A stretch of DNA of 64,000 nt from Candidatus Latescibacterota bacterium (GCA_011772205.1 WVZY01000057.1:6190-70189), one strand, 5' to 3'. Shown: positions 45,077 through 54,795, counted from the stretch's first letter. Program-made: numbers and translations. The notes: generated from the sequence alone by a model not told the origin.

Positions 45077-45904
45077 TCAACCTTTTCGCGCTGCGATGCT
45101 GACGCTCAGAACGGCTGCATTGGTGGCTTTCACATCATCTAATGTAATGGTCTCGTCTCCGATCATCGTCTGGACTGTTTGATCATTCGTAAACCAGTTG
45201 AGAGGGAAGTTTTTTTCGTTCATGATCTCGATTTGTCCAAATCCCGCTTCCTCGATCAGTGAGATGTAACTGTCCTTTAGCAAGGCGCCCGCAATACACC
45301 CCACGTAAGCCCTCTCGTTGTTCCTTACCGAATCGGGAATCTCTTTGGACAGAACGAGGTCCGAGATCATCAACCTCCCACCGGGCTTCAGCACGCGGTA
45401 TGACTCTCTGAAAACGATGGCTTTATCGGGAGAGAGGTTGATCACGCAGTTCGAAATGACCACGTCAACAGAATCATCGGGGAGCGGTATCTCCTCGATG
45501 TCTCCGAGCAAGAACTCCACGTTGCCATAACCGCCTTTTGTGGCGTTGCGTTTTGCCCTTGCGATCATTTCCGGAGTCATATCGAGGCCATATACTTTCC
45601 CGCCGGGAAGGACCTTTTTTGCAGCGAGAAAGCAGTCGAAACCGGCCCCGGACCCAAGATCCAGGACGATTTCCCCCGGCCTGAGCGAGGCAATCGCGGT
45701 CGGATTTCCGCAACCGAGACCAAGATTGGCCCCGTTCGGGGCGGACCGGATTTCTTCGGATGTGTAGCCGATATACCTGCTCGAATCCAGCTCGGGGCCG
45801 CAAACGCAGGAGTTCACTGGTCCGCAGCACCCGACTTCCCTGCGAGCAGCCTCTCCGTAACGCTCTTTCACGATTTTCTTTATGTCCTTTTTCATCCGTC
45901 TCAC
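45077..45904 (-). CDS. arsM: Arsenite S-adenosylmethionine methyltransferase ArsM-like
   Basis: N-terminal KERYGEAAR...CCGP...CVCGP cysteines plus UbiE-like MTase core (VLDLGSGAGFD) and a downstream conserved Cys (YVGCIAGA). Confidence 0.75.
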   Translation of the reverse strand: MRRMKKDIKKIVKERYGEAARREVGCCGPVNSCVCGPELDSSRYIGYTSEEIRSAPNGANLGLGCGNPTAIASLRPGEIVLDLGSGAGFDCFLAAKKVLPGGKVYGLDMTPEMIARAKRNATKGGYGNVEFLLGDIEEIPLPDDSVDVVISNCVINLSPDKAIVFRESYRVLKPGGRLMISDLVLSKEIPDSVRNNERAYVGCIAGALLKDSYISLIEEAGFGQIEIMNEKNFPLNWFTNDQTVQTMIGDETITLDDVKATNAAVLSVSIAARKG

Positions 45905-45910
45905 CTCCCA

Positions 45911-46201
45911 CTAGTCCTCAAGTGTCTCCTTGAGAACGGGCCCCAGTATATCTTTGACCTTCCCGGCCAGCTGATCCGCTTTAATCAAGGATATGCAGCA
46001 GATCTCTCCATTCGATTCATAGGCGATCAGCGCGAGCTTATCCCCTGCTTGAATCCCCGCTTTTTCCCGGATCTCCTTAGGAAGGACGATCTGGCCCCGG
46101 GCGTCGGTTTGGACCACCGATTCGATTCTGCAACAGGAGCTCTTCTTCTGAGAGGATCCCTCCTCGCAGCAAGAAGCATTGTCCGGCTCTTTGTTCGGCA
46201 T
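45911..46201 (-). CDS. AbrB/SpoVT-type DNA-binding domain protein with three vicinal Cys pairs (putative metalloid-responsive regulator)
   Basis: Swapped-hairpin motif GQIVLPKEIREKAGIQAGDKL. CC at three positions (ASCCEEG, SSCCRIE, ICCISL). 6 nt upstream of arsM, divergent from the permease gene. Confidence 0.55.
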   Translation of the reverse strand: MPNKEPDNASCCEEGSSQKKSSCCRIESVVQTDARGQIVLPKEIREKAGIQAGDKLALIAYESNGEICCISLIKADQLAGKVKDILGPVLKETLED

Positions 46202-46597
46202 ATCTTCCTTACCTCCTCGACAATTGGGTGTTGCGAACTATAAATATTCACTACTATCAGTATAATCAGAATAATCAGAATTGTCAACGAAAAATGTTAA
46301 TGCGCGCTAATTAATTTTTTAGTATGCAGTTAGGAGCATATTAACTCGCCGGTTGGGGCTTGGGAGACCCAAGTGAGGTTGACTGAGGCTCCACGCGAAT
46401 GAGCTCAGAGCCCGAAATGCCGGGAATGCGGCTTGCAAACCTTTGCCGCTGGTCCCTAGAATGGCGGATCGCAATGAGCGACGGGGAGGTCCGGCGGCCG
46501 CTGGTAACGGCATGGGCCGACCATGCGGACATCGATGAACGCATGTCCGAAGCCTGCCAGCCGGGTTTGAATTGTCTTTCCACAGTCTGGAAATCAG

Positions 46598-48892
46598 ATG
46601 GCGGAAGAAGCAAATAACTCAGGTCAGGACGTAAAGGTCTCGTTCGCGCGCGATCTCAGCATGTTCGACGCAAGTATGATCGGGATCGGTGCGATGATCG
46701 GGGCCGGGATTTTTGTACTCACGGGAATCGCCGCCGGCGAAGCGGGGCCAGCGTCCATTCTTGCCTTCGGGCTGAATGGGTTGGTCACCCTGTTGACTGC
46801 TCTGAGCTATGCGGAACTGTCGTCGGCATACCCTCAAGCAGGGGGCGGGTATGCGTTCATCAAGAAAGCCTTTCCGGGGCCGGTCGGATTCGCATCCGGT
46901 TGGATGCTTTGGTTTTCCTATATCGTCGCGTGCAGCTTGTATGCAATGGGTTTTGGCAGCTATTTCTGGGAGTTTATCAGGAGTTTCATTCCGTTTCTGT
47001 CCGATATCGCATTCGATTCTTTGGGGCCTCGGTTTCCCCTCGCCTTGATGACGGTCGTGGCGAGTCTCACCTTTATCGCGATCAACATGCGGGGCACCGC
47101 ACTCACGGGAAAAGTGGAAAACGTCATCACGATGGGGAAGATCGCGATCCTCGGCATATTCATTCTTTTCGGATTGAGGGTGGTTTTTGGATCACCGGCG
47201 GAGGCATTTTCCAGCTTCACCCCGTTTTTCCCACAGGGATTCGGGGGTGTCATTGTGGCGATGGGGCTTACGTTTATCGCTTTCGAAGGGTATGACCTCA
47301 TTGCGACCGTCGCAGAGGAGATAAAGGAGCCAACGAAGAACATACCGCGGGCAACGTTGATCTCTCTCTGCGTTGCCGTGCTGATTTACCTCCTCGTTCT
47401 GTTCGTGAGTATTGGAGCGATCCGGCCCGAGACCGGTGCCTCATGGGAATTCCTGGGGAAATACCAAGAGACCGCGATCGTGAGAGCCGCAGAAAACTTC
47501 ATGCCGGTCTTTGGCATTGCGCTGATCATATTTGGCGGACTCCTGTCCACCACGTCGGCCCTGAATGCGACGATTCTCGCGTCGTCTCGGGTCGCCTTTT
47601 CGATGAGCCGGGATAAAATGCTGCCCACGCGAATGAGCCGAATCCACCCGGATCGGCGTACCCCGCACATTGCCGTTGCAGCAACAGGGGCAATCGTCCT
47701 GGTACTCGCATTGATTTTCCCAATCCATGTCATCGGATCATCGGCAAGCTTGATGTTTCTTCTGACATTCGCTCTTGTGAACCTGTCCGTGATTGCGTTG
47801 AGGAGGAAATTCCCGGAGTTGAAAGGCGGCTTCCGGGTTCCACTCTACCCGGTCACCCCCATTATTGCGATTTCGCTCAATTTGTTTCTTGCGATTTACC
47901 AGTACAATTTCGATGCAAGATCCTGGTACATCACTGCAACGTGGATCGGCATCGGACTGTTTCTCTATTTTGTTTACGTCGAAAAAGCGGCCATTTCGGA
48001 AATACCACAAGTCATCGATGTGGCCCAGCCAAAGCCCACTTCGCAGCACAAGTACCGGATTCTAATCCCCCTGCACAATCCCGATCATGTGATTCCGTTG
48101 ATGCAGCTGGGTGCTCCGATCGCGAGGGCCAATGAAGCCGAAATCATCGTGCTCGGTGTCATCGAGGTCCCCCAGAGTCTTCCCATCCATGAGGGGATGC
48201 GGTTCATACATCACAAAGCGCCGCTGCTGAAGCAAGCCGTCCAATACGGGAAGAAGGTCGACGTTCCGACACGAACCGCTCTCCGGATTGCGCATCGTGT
48301 TTCGGACGGCATCCTGACGGCGGCCGTGGAACACAAAGCCTCGCTCGTTCTCATGGGGTGGAAAGGATACACGACGAACCGCGACCGGATTTTCGGCGAG
48401 GTGGCCGACCGGGTCGTTCGCCAGGCACCGTGCGACCTCATCACGGTGAAGCTGATGGGGGAATGGCCGATCAAGAAGATCCTGCTACCAACATCCGGGG
48501 GTCCGCATGCGCTCCTCGCAACGGAATTCGTCGCGCTATTCCAAAGGGAGTTCGATGCGGATGTAGCCTGTTGCTATGTGGTCAAAAAAGAGCACACCGA
48601 GCGGGACGCGGAAATCGGGCTCGAATGGATCGACAAAACCATCCATCGAAGCGGTCTCGAAGGAAAGGTCGACAAGCGCATAATCGAAGCCAACAATGTT
48701 GCCGCGGGTCTTATAAGAGCCGCAGCCGATTATGATCTCCTCGTTTTGGGCGCCTCTAAAGAAGGACTTTTCTCGAGCGTGCTCTTTGGGGAAATACCGG
48801 AAAAAGTGGCGAGATTCTCGAAATGCCCCGTCATGATCGTCAGACGGTATGAGGGAATTGTGAAGTCCGTCGTGAAAAAAGTATTGGGGTAA
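46598..48892 (+). CDS. APC-family amino-acid permease fused to two C-terminal universal stress protein (UspA) domains
   Basis: 12-TM permease core plus two Usp-like alpha/beta domains (YRILIPLHNPDHV..., KKILLPTSGGPHA...). Confidence 0.8.
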   Translation: MAEEANNSGQDVKVSFARDLSMFDASMIGIGAMIGAGIFVLTGIAAGEAGPASILAFGLNGLVTLLTALSYAELSSAYPQAGGGYAFIKKAFPGPVGFASGWMLWFSYIVACSLYAMGFGSYFWEFIRSFIPFLSDIAFDSLGPRFPLALMTVVASLTFIAINMRGTALTGKVENVITMGKIAILGIFILFGLRVVFGSPAEAFSSFTPFFPQGFGGVIVAMGLTFIAFEGYDLIATVAEEIKEPTKNIPRATLISLCVAVLIYLLVLFVSIGAIRPETGASWEFLGKYQETAIVRAAENFMPVFGIALIIFGGLLSTTSALNATILASSRVAFSMSRDKMLPTRMSRIHPDRRTPHIAVAATGAIVLVLALIFPIHVIGSSASLMFLLTFALVNLSVIALRRKFPELKGGFRVPLYPVTPIIAISLNLFLAIYQYNFDARSWYITATWIGIGLFLYFVYVEKAAISEIPQVIDVAQPKPTSQHKYRILIPLHNPDHVIPLMQLGAPIARANEAEIIVLGVIEVPQSLPIHEGMRFIHHKAPLLKQAVQYGKKVDVPTRTALRIAHRVSDGILTAAVEHKASLVLMGWKGYTTNRDRIFGEVADRVVRQAPCDLITVKLMGEWPIKKILLPTSGGPHALLATEFVALFQREFDADVACCYVVKKEHTERDAEIGLEWIDKTIHRSGLEGKVDKRIIEANNVAAGLIRAAADYDLLVLGASKEGLFSSVLFGEIPEKVARFSKCPVMIVRRYEGIVKSVVKKVLG

Positions 48893-49010
48893 TGTGAACT
48901 CAAAAGCCCGCCGGTTCACTAGCTACATTTTCCCCCAGCGGCCATTCTATTTTTTCCCAGCAGCTTAAAGAGGAATTCCGGGTACGGACGGTTTGCTTTG
49001 CCACATCGGT

Positions 49011-50153
49011 TCAGCGGCACCATGTTGGAAAGAGGCAACGCCCCTCCGCTGTCAAAGGCCGCCATCCGGATCCATCCGTCGCCGCAACGAAAACTTTTTC
49101 AAAGCTTCTCGCTGGCCTGGAAATAAACGCCACGAACCGGCCGTCGGGGGAAAGAGAGGGGGATGCCATCCGAACATCGAGCCGAGACTCGTGAAAGATT
49201 TCGACAACAGCCTTGTCGCTGATAGATACGGATAAGAGCCGGTAATGCCCGCTCATTATTCCAGCTGTCAGGGTCGCACGCATCGGGCCAACCTCTCTAT
49301 CGGGGAGACCGCTGAGGAACACGATTCCATCACTCGAGGGGAGCCAGGCAATCCAGTGGATTGGGAATTGGGAATCGCAAATCTCGGTGATCTCGCTCGA
49401 AGCCAGATTCAGGATCCAGAGCTTGTTGTTCCCCCCACAGGCGAGCCGGGATCCATCGGGAGAGCACGCGAGGACGTTTATCCCATCAACATCCTGCTCG
49501 GAGAGGGGCCGCGGCGGCAACTGGAATACTTCTCCCTCTATATCCACCGAGAAAACGTCTATCCCGTTGGTATAGTAGACAGTCCTGCCGTCGGGTGACC
49601 AATCGCTCGCCAGTAGGCGATCCTCAGCCACGAGCTGCACCTTATCACCCAAAGCCTCCACAAGGAAAAGGCCGGATTGGTTGGTGACAAGTAATTTTCG
49701 GCCGCTTGGCGACCACCTGGGCGGGATGATGCGAAAATTCCGTAGCCGCTTTGGCCCCGAATGAACGACTGGAGATGCAAACGTTCCCGGATCGACGGGA
49801 TCTCCTCGATCGATATCGGCGACAATCAAGTGGGCGCTGCTGTTCGATAGCTCCCACCAAGGAAAATAGCGGGCGTGGTTGCCTTTTTTCTCGAACGAAT
49901 AGAAGGCAATCGATCGCCCATTGGGTGAGCAGGTGGGCGCAACGATCGACGCATCAAGATCGATAATCGTTTTCGCGGTGTTCCCGAGCGCGTCAATGCC
50001 CCAGATTGCGTGCTCCCTGACGTAAACGATTCTATCATAGGGATCTAAAGCCTCACGGGAGAGCGTAGGGAGTGGGGCGGCGCAGCCGCCGAGGAGGCAG
50101 CAAAGGAAGAGTTCTCCAATCGGAAAAATGAGCCGGGTGAGCATGTCTGACAC
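49011..50153 (-). CDS. TolB-like WD40/PD40 beta-propeller lipoprotein
   Basis: Lipobox LLGGC. Repeated DWSPDG / SPDGR PD40 motifs. Confidence 0.6.
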   Translation of the reverse strand: MSDMLTRLIFPIGELFLCCLLGGCAAPLPTLSREALDPYDRIVYVREHAIWGIDALGNTAKTIIDLDASIVAPTCSPNGRSIAFYSFEKKGNHARYFPWWELSNSSAHLIVADIDRGDPVDPGTFASPVVHSGPKRLRNFRIIPPRWSPSGRKLLVTNQSGLFLVEALGDKVQLVAEDRLLASDWSPDGRTVYYTNGIDVFSVDIEGEVFQLPPRPLSEQDVDGINVLACSPDGSRLACGGNNKLWILNLASSEITEICDSQFPIHWIAWLPSSDGIVFLSGLPDREVGPMRATLTAGIMSGHYRLLSVSISDKAVVEIFHESRLDVRMASPSLSPDGRFVAFISRPARSFEKVFVAATDGSGWRPLTAEGRCLFPTWCR

Positions 50154-50474
50154 TTATTCGGAAAATCCACTTATTCTCGAACCGCTGTCATGATCTGTTT
50201 GGCTTCGTTCGCCTTTTCGATGACGGTCGTGCAATGATGGCCGTCATGCAGGGAGTATAACTGACAGAACGACCGAATGGGAATGTCTTTCCGGGTAGGC
50301 ACGAGGCTTTGCGGCGCGGGATGAATAGCCAAAGTCTCTCACCGGGGACGAGGTGGGAGACGTTCGTTTGGCGGACTAGCTGCAACAAACGGCTCTGCAG
50401 CGCGACAATGTGCTGTAAAGTTACCAATTAAATAAGACTTATCAGAGCATACAAGTTTTAGGGTTATAAGGGTT

Positions 50475-50775
50475 ATGGACATGGTGAGAATGTATTCAGG
50501 AATTTGGAATGAGGGCGATAGATCTGAAGACTCAACGGCTACCAGGGAGTCTCAAATCGCGATGAAGAATTTTGCTATGTTCCTAATCCTTGCTTTGTTT
50601 TGCGCGTTTGTGTTTTTTGCATCGCTTTTCGGGTTCGCACACGCGAGTGGTGGCTTGGATTCGAATGAGGCAATCCTGGACTGCCACGAAGACTACGACG
50701 CTCTGCTATAGTTGCCATACACTATCTGAGTCACATGTTGTGTTCTTCGAATCCAACATTTCGGACTTCTTATGA
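50475..50775 (+). pseudogene. Remnant of a multihaem c-type cytochrome gene (signal peptide plus first CxxCH, then frameshift)
   Basis: ORF 50475..50711 is a signal peptide plus LDCHEDYDALL (paralogous to LDCHEEYDRSL of the downstream decahaem). CYSCH continues in the +1 frame (ORF 50590..50775). Confidence 0.45.
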
Positions 50776-50862
50776 CGACTTGTCTTGAATAAACCTTGAC
50801 AGTGTGGAGCTGGATGCTAAAATGCTTGAGGGTGCCAACGACCCAGCGTACGGGAGGTGATA

Positions 50863-51801
50863 ATGCGATTCACTAACCAGCTTTTCACAATGTCTTTCTT
50901 CGTTTCCCTTCTCCTTGTTATCCTCCTCACTTTTCCAGCATCGATGGTGGCGCAAGAGGCCGTTGTGGATGATGAAACGTGCCTGGACTGCCATGAGGAA
51001 TACGACCGATCGCTCGCTTCGAGTTCCCATAGGCTGGTGGCGCAAACAGACACCCGAACTGTTCAAATCCGCTGTGTTAGTTGTCACCGGGGAGCAGAAC
51101 TCCACGTTGAAGATCCTTCCACTGAGAACATTGGGAATCCCGCGAGTCTTATCGGATTTGATGTGATCGAGATTTGTTCGCAATGTCACTCGGCCCACTC
51201 CGAGCTCGACAACTACGGTTTCGATGCACATACGGTGGAGCAGTTGAACTGCTCGGAGTGCCACAAGGTTCATACTTTTGGCACGGTTCCCCTTCTCGAT
51301 GAGAGGGCGGAGTTCTGTTTCGGGTGTCATCAGGAAAAGAGAGCCAACTTCCTCAAAAACTCTAACCATCCGGTACTCCAACAGAACGTCACGTGCTTGA
51401 GCTGCCATCAATTTACAAAACGGCAGGATCAAAATCTCGCCTATGAATTGTCGAGCCATTGCCGCGATTGTCATCCTGAGCAGGGGGGACCGTTTCTCTT
51501 CGAGCACGAGGCAGTCAATGCTTATTCGGTCGAGGGGAGCGGGTGCATCGAATGCCATGATCCTCATGGAAGCGAAAATAACCGACTGATGAGGCAGCCC
51601 GGGAATCAGCTTTGTCGACAATGTCATTTCCCTGCGGGTCACACGGCGGCACATGGCGGGATCTGGGCTGCTTACGACTGTCAGATTTGCCACACGGAAA
51701 CACACGGCTCCTTCGTAAGTAACCTGTATCTCGATCCGAATTTGCCCGCCAAACTGGGCGGCAGCTGTTACAACCCTGGCTGTCATAGCCTAAATAGGTA
51801 G
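50863..51801 (+). CDS. Periplasmic decahaem c-type cytochrome (MtrA/PioA/MtoA-like)
   Basis: Ten CxxCH motifs in about 310 aa. Signal peptide. ATG 50863 with RBS GGGAGG. Confidence 0.8.
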   Translation: MRFTNQLFTMSFFVSLLLVILLTFPASMVAQEAVVDDETCLDCHEEYDRSLASSSHRLVAQTDTRTVQIRCVSCHRGAELHVEDPSTENIGNPASLIGFDVIEICSQCHSAHSELDNYGFDAHTVEQLNCSECHKVHTFGTVPLLDERAEFCFGCHQEKRANFLKNSNHPVLQQNVTCLSCHQFTKRQDQNLAYELSSHCRDCHPEQGGPFLFEHEAVNAYSVEGSGCIECHDPHGSENNRLMRQPGNQLCRQCHFPAGHTAAHGGIWAAYDCQICHTETHGSFVSNLYLDPNLPAKLGGSCYNPGCHSLNR

Positions 51802-51812
51802 CGAGGTTCACA

Positions 51813-53375
51813 ATGAGATGCCATAGGCGTGCAATGCTGGGTCTCTTGTTTGGAATATTCGTATGCTCGGCGAATGGGGCGGTATCGAAAGAAGGGACCG
51901 GCAGGTTCGAGTTGGGCTACGTTTATACGGACGAGGAAGGCAACCTCGCAGTCAACCAGGAGACCCACAACCTGTATGACGGATTGACAATCTCGCTCCG
52001 AGATGCCCGTTATTCGCTGGATAACGGGATTAATATAGGGGCGAATTTGAGGTACATCTCCCTGGACAATAGGAACATCGATTTCTCCGCCTCCAAAGCT
52101 CAGCTTTTTTCTCTCTCGTTCCATCACGATCAATATCGGCGAATTTACGAATCCGGAGGAAGAGGGTCCACCGATCGGAAATCAACAGGAGGGCAAGTGT
52201 CCGTTTCTCCTGTGAAGTATGTCACACTCTTCGGAGGGTATAGCTGGACAGATAAGGGAGGGACCAATTTGTTCTTGTTCCAACCTATCTCCGATCCGGT
52301 GGTTTTTACCAGCGACTATACCCATCGATTTTTCAACATCGGAGGGCAAGGATTCTTCAAGGGCAGGAGTGTTCGATTGGAGTATCGACAATCTGATTTT
52401 GATGATGAGGCAAAAGGTCACGGCGATCGCAAAGGACAAATGTTCAGAACCAGCGCTTCGACTCCGTTTCCCAGATACGAGCGTGTGGTACTGGCAGGAG
52501 GGTATGATTACCGACTTGATGAAATGGAGGGAAGTAGCGTTGAGCTGGAAACGAACCAGGCATGGGGCGCTACGAAAGCTAGGCTGCCCGGACAGATTAC
52601 CGTCGATTACCGGTTTGTTTTCGCACGCACCGACCATAAAGGCAACGGGATCGAAACGGATAACTTTCTGAACACGGTCTCGGTGGGAAGACGTTGGAAC
52701 CGACATGGAGGGTTTCGCGTTGGATACGAAAACCGTATCGTCGACGATCTCATCGATCGGAGCGAGTCCAATGGATTTTTGTTCAGTGGTTGGATCAATT
52801 ACCTCGACAAGCTTTTTGTAAGAACTTCGACGGCGACGCGGGATAAGAATATCGTCACGGGATCGACGCTGATTGGGGATGAAGATTTCACCCGCTATCG
52901 GGTCGCAGCCAGATATGTAGATGAGCGGTTTGGGGAGTTATCCGCACAGGTGCGAGCGCGTGTCAAAGAAAACGATGATATCGGGAGTGAAGCAGAATAC
53001 ACATCCTTCTCAACCGGCTTCAAGCTCTCCAGGCAAAAATACGGTCGGCTATCCATTTTTTACACATACTATGTTGGAGAATACGAGAGCCGTTCCGCGG
53101 ACTTCGAGTTGTCCGACCATGTGGTCAGGGGAAAGATCACGCCTGTGAAGTATCGGAAAGTAAGCGTCACCGCAGGAGGAACGTATTACCGGAGCCGAAG
53201 GGACCTAGATGTTGAAAAATCCAGTTTGAATTTGGGCATTTCCTATGAACTCCCGGAAGATTTTCACGTGGAGGCGAAGTATTCGGTGTTCAACTACGAC
53301 GACTTCCAGGCGATCGATTTGTTCTATACGGGAAATGTTGTGGAGGTGAGTATCGCAAGAGATTTTTCCATATAA
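51813..53375 (+). CDS. Outer-membrane beta-barrel porin partner of the decahaem cytochrome (MtrB/PioB-like by position)
   Basis: Signal peptide. About 500 aa of alternating amphipathic beta-strands rich in Y/R/D/G. Sits between two multihaem cytochrome genes. No detectable primary-sequence signature, so the call is contextual. Confidence 0.5.
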   Translation: MRCHRRAMLGLLFGIFVCSANGAVSKEGTGRFELGYVYTDEEGNLAVNQETHNLYDGLTISLRDARYSLDNGINIGANLRYISLDNRNIDFSASKAQLFSLSFHHDQYRRIYESGGRGSTDRKSTGGQVSVSPVKYVTLFGGYSWTDKGGTNLFLFQPISDPVVFTSDYTHRFFNIGGQGFFKGRSVRLEYRQSDFDDEAKGHGDRKGQMFRTSASTPFPRYERVVLAGGYDYRLDEMEGSSVELETNQAWGATKARLPGQITVDYRFVFARTDHKGNGIETDNFLNTVSVGRRWNRHGGFRVGYENRIVDDLIDRSESNGFLFSGWINYLDKLFVRTSTATRDKNIVTGSTLIGDEDFTRYRVAARYVDERFGELSAQVRARVKENDDIGSEAEYTSFSTGFKLSRQKYGRLSIFYTYYVGEYESRSADFELSDHVVRGKITPVKYRKVSVTAGGTYYRSRRDLDVEKSSLNLGISYELPEDFHVEAKYSVFNYDDFQAIDLFYTGNVVEVSIARDFSI

Positions 53376-53594
53376 AGATCGGTATGGGGCGCGGATTACC
53401 ACGAATATGTGGCAACGGGAATTGAGAAAGGCTCACTAAGAGCATAATGCGGGGATAGTAAACCAATACGTTTGACCCCCGGTTGGCAAACAAGAAGAGA
53501 AAACGGTAGCAGAACTTGGCCTTAGAGCAACGCCAAAGCCTCTTGCCATCCTTGCGTGTGAGGCGAATTGTTGCAAAGAAGGAGGTGCGTTTCT

Positions 53595-54713
53595 ATGAAA
53601 ACTGCAGCCCGAGTATTTTTGCTGGGGCTGTTGGCACCGCTAGTCGCTATGGGCTGCGAGCGAAAAGTGACCAATGAGGTGACCGAGATCGTTTCCCCGG
53701 ATGTATCTTTTTATGTGGGGAGCGACGCCTGCCAGGCATGCCATCCCAGCTTGCATGCGAGCTTCATGAAAACCGGGCATCCCTTCAAGTTGAACGACGC
53801 AGACGACGTTCAGGATCCCAACTACTATCCCTTCTCCACGGTTCAGAATCCGCCGGATCTGGCTTGGAGCGAAATCGATCTCGTCATCGGTGGATTCTGG
53901 TGGAAGGCACGATATATCAGGGCAGATGGGAGGATATATACGGGGCCAAACCGGCAGTATAACCTGCGGCCTGATAATCTCGCGCCTCCGGAATTCGTCA
54001 AGTACGAAACGGATACCCCAGGGACAAAAGACTACGATTGCGGTCGCTGCCATACAACCGGCTACAAGGCGCAGGGGAACCAGGATGGGAAACCCGGCCT
54101 GATCGGCACCTGGGCGTCAAACGGGATCCAGTGTGAAGCATGCCATGGTCCCGGAGGAGTTCATGCGAACTCTCCCTATGACGTCCGCATGGTTATTGAC
54201 AGGTCAAACGAGCTGTGCGGCAAGTGCCATGTTCGCGGCGCGGTTAACACGATCCCAGCGCAAGGCGGCTTTATTCGTCATCACGAGCAGTGGAACGAGA
54301 TGTTCACGACGAAGCATAGCGGGATCCAATGCGTCACTTGCCACGATCCGCATATAGGGCTACACCCGAGTAATCCAGATCGGGATATGGCGATCAGGCT
54401 CCAGTGCGAAAACTGCCACATGAAAGAGACGAAGAGTTTCGAGAATTCCTCGATCCTTCATTACGATGCGGGCATAACCTGCGAGGACTGCCACATGCCG
54501 AAAGCGAGCAAATCGGCCGTAGCGATCGGAACGTACGAAGCGGATGTCGCCACACATCTGTGGCGGATCAATACGGACGCGAATGCCGAAATGTTCACTC
54601 CCGACGGGAAGTTCGCAAACGGGTACCTAACACTCAATTTTGCCTGCAGTAGGTGTCATCCAGCAAAGACATTGGGTGAGCTTTCCTCCGACGCAGCGAA
54701 CGTGCACGAGTAG
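53595..54713 (+). CDS. Octahaem c-type cytochrome lipoprotein (outer-surface partner, MtrC/OmcA-analogue by context)
   Basis: Eight CxxCH motifs. Lipoprotein signal LAPLVAMGC. ATG 53595 with RBS GGAGGTG (ORF 53568 extension unlikely). Confidence 0.8.
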   Translation: MKTAARVFLLGLLAPLVAMGCERKVTNEVTEIVSPDVSFYVGSDACQACHPSLHASFMKTGHPFKLNDADDVQDPNYYPFSTVQNPPDLAWSEIDLVIGGFWWKARYIRADGRIYTGPNRQYNLRPDNLAPPEFVKYETDTPGTKDYDCGRCHTTGYKAQGNQDGKPGLIGTWASNGIQCEACHGPGGVHANSPYDVRMVIDRSNELCGKCHVRGAVNTIPAQGGFIRHHEQWNEMFTTKHSGIQCVTCHDPHIGLHPSNPDRDMAIRLQCENCHMKETKSFENSSILHYDAGITCEDCHMPKASKSAVAIGTYEADVATHLWRINTDANAEMFTPDGKFANGYLTLNFACSRCHPAKTLGELSSDAANVHE

Positions 54714-54756
54714 AGCCCGGAAAACGCGGATTCGAACCTCCTCGTCCTCAGATGTA

Positions 54757-54795
54757 AGAAAGCCCCTTTCCTGTGGGAAAGGGGCTTTATTTTAA
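54757..54795 (+). terminator. Rho-independent terminator of the cytochrome operon
   Basis: AAAGCCCCTTTCC-TGTG-GGAAAGGGGCTTT stem-loop followed by ATTTTAA, 44 nt after the stop. Confidence 0.7.

Noticed and set aside
54725-54760. GGATTCGAACC (reverse complement GGTTCGAATCC), a tRNA T-loop-like string right after the octahaem stop
   Set aside because: Flanking bases cannot form a T-stem, acceptor stem or anticodon arm. It sits between the stop codon and a clear terminator, so it is coincidental.
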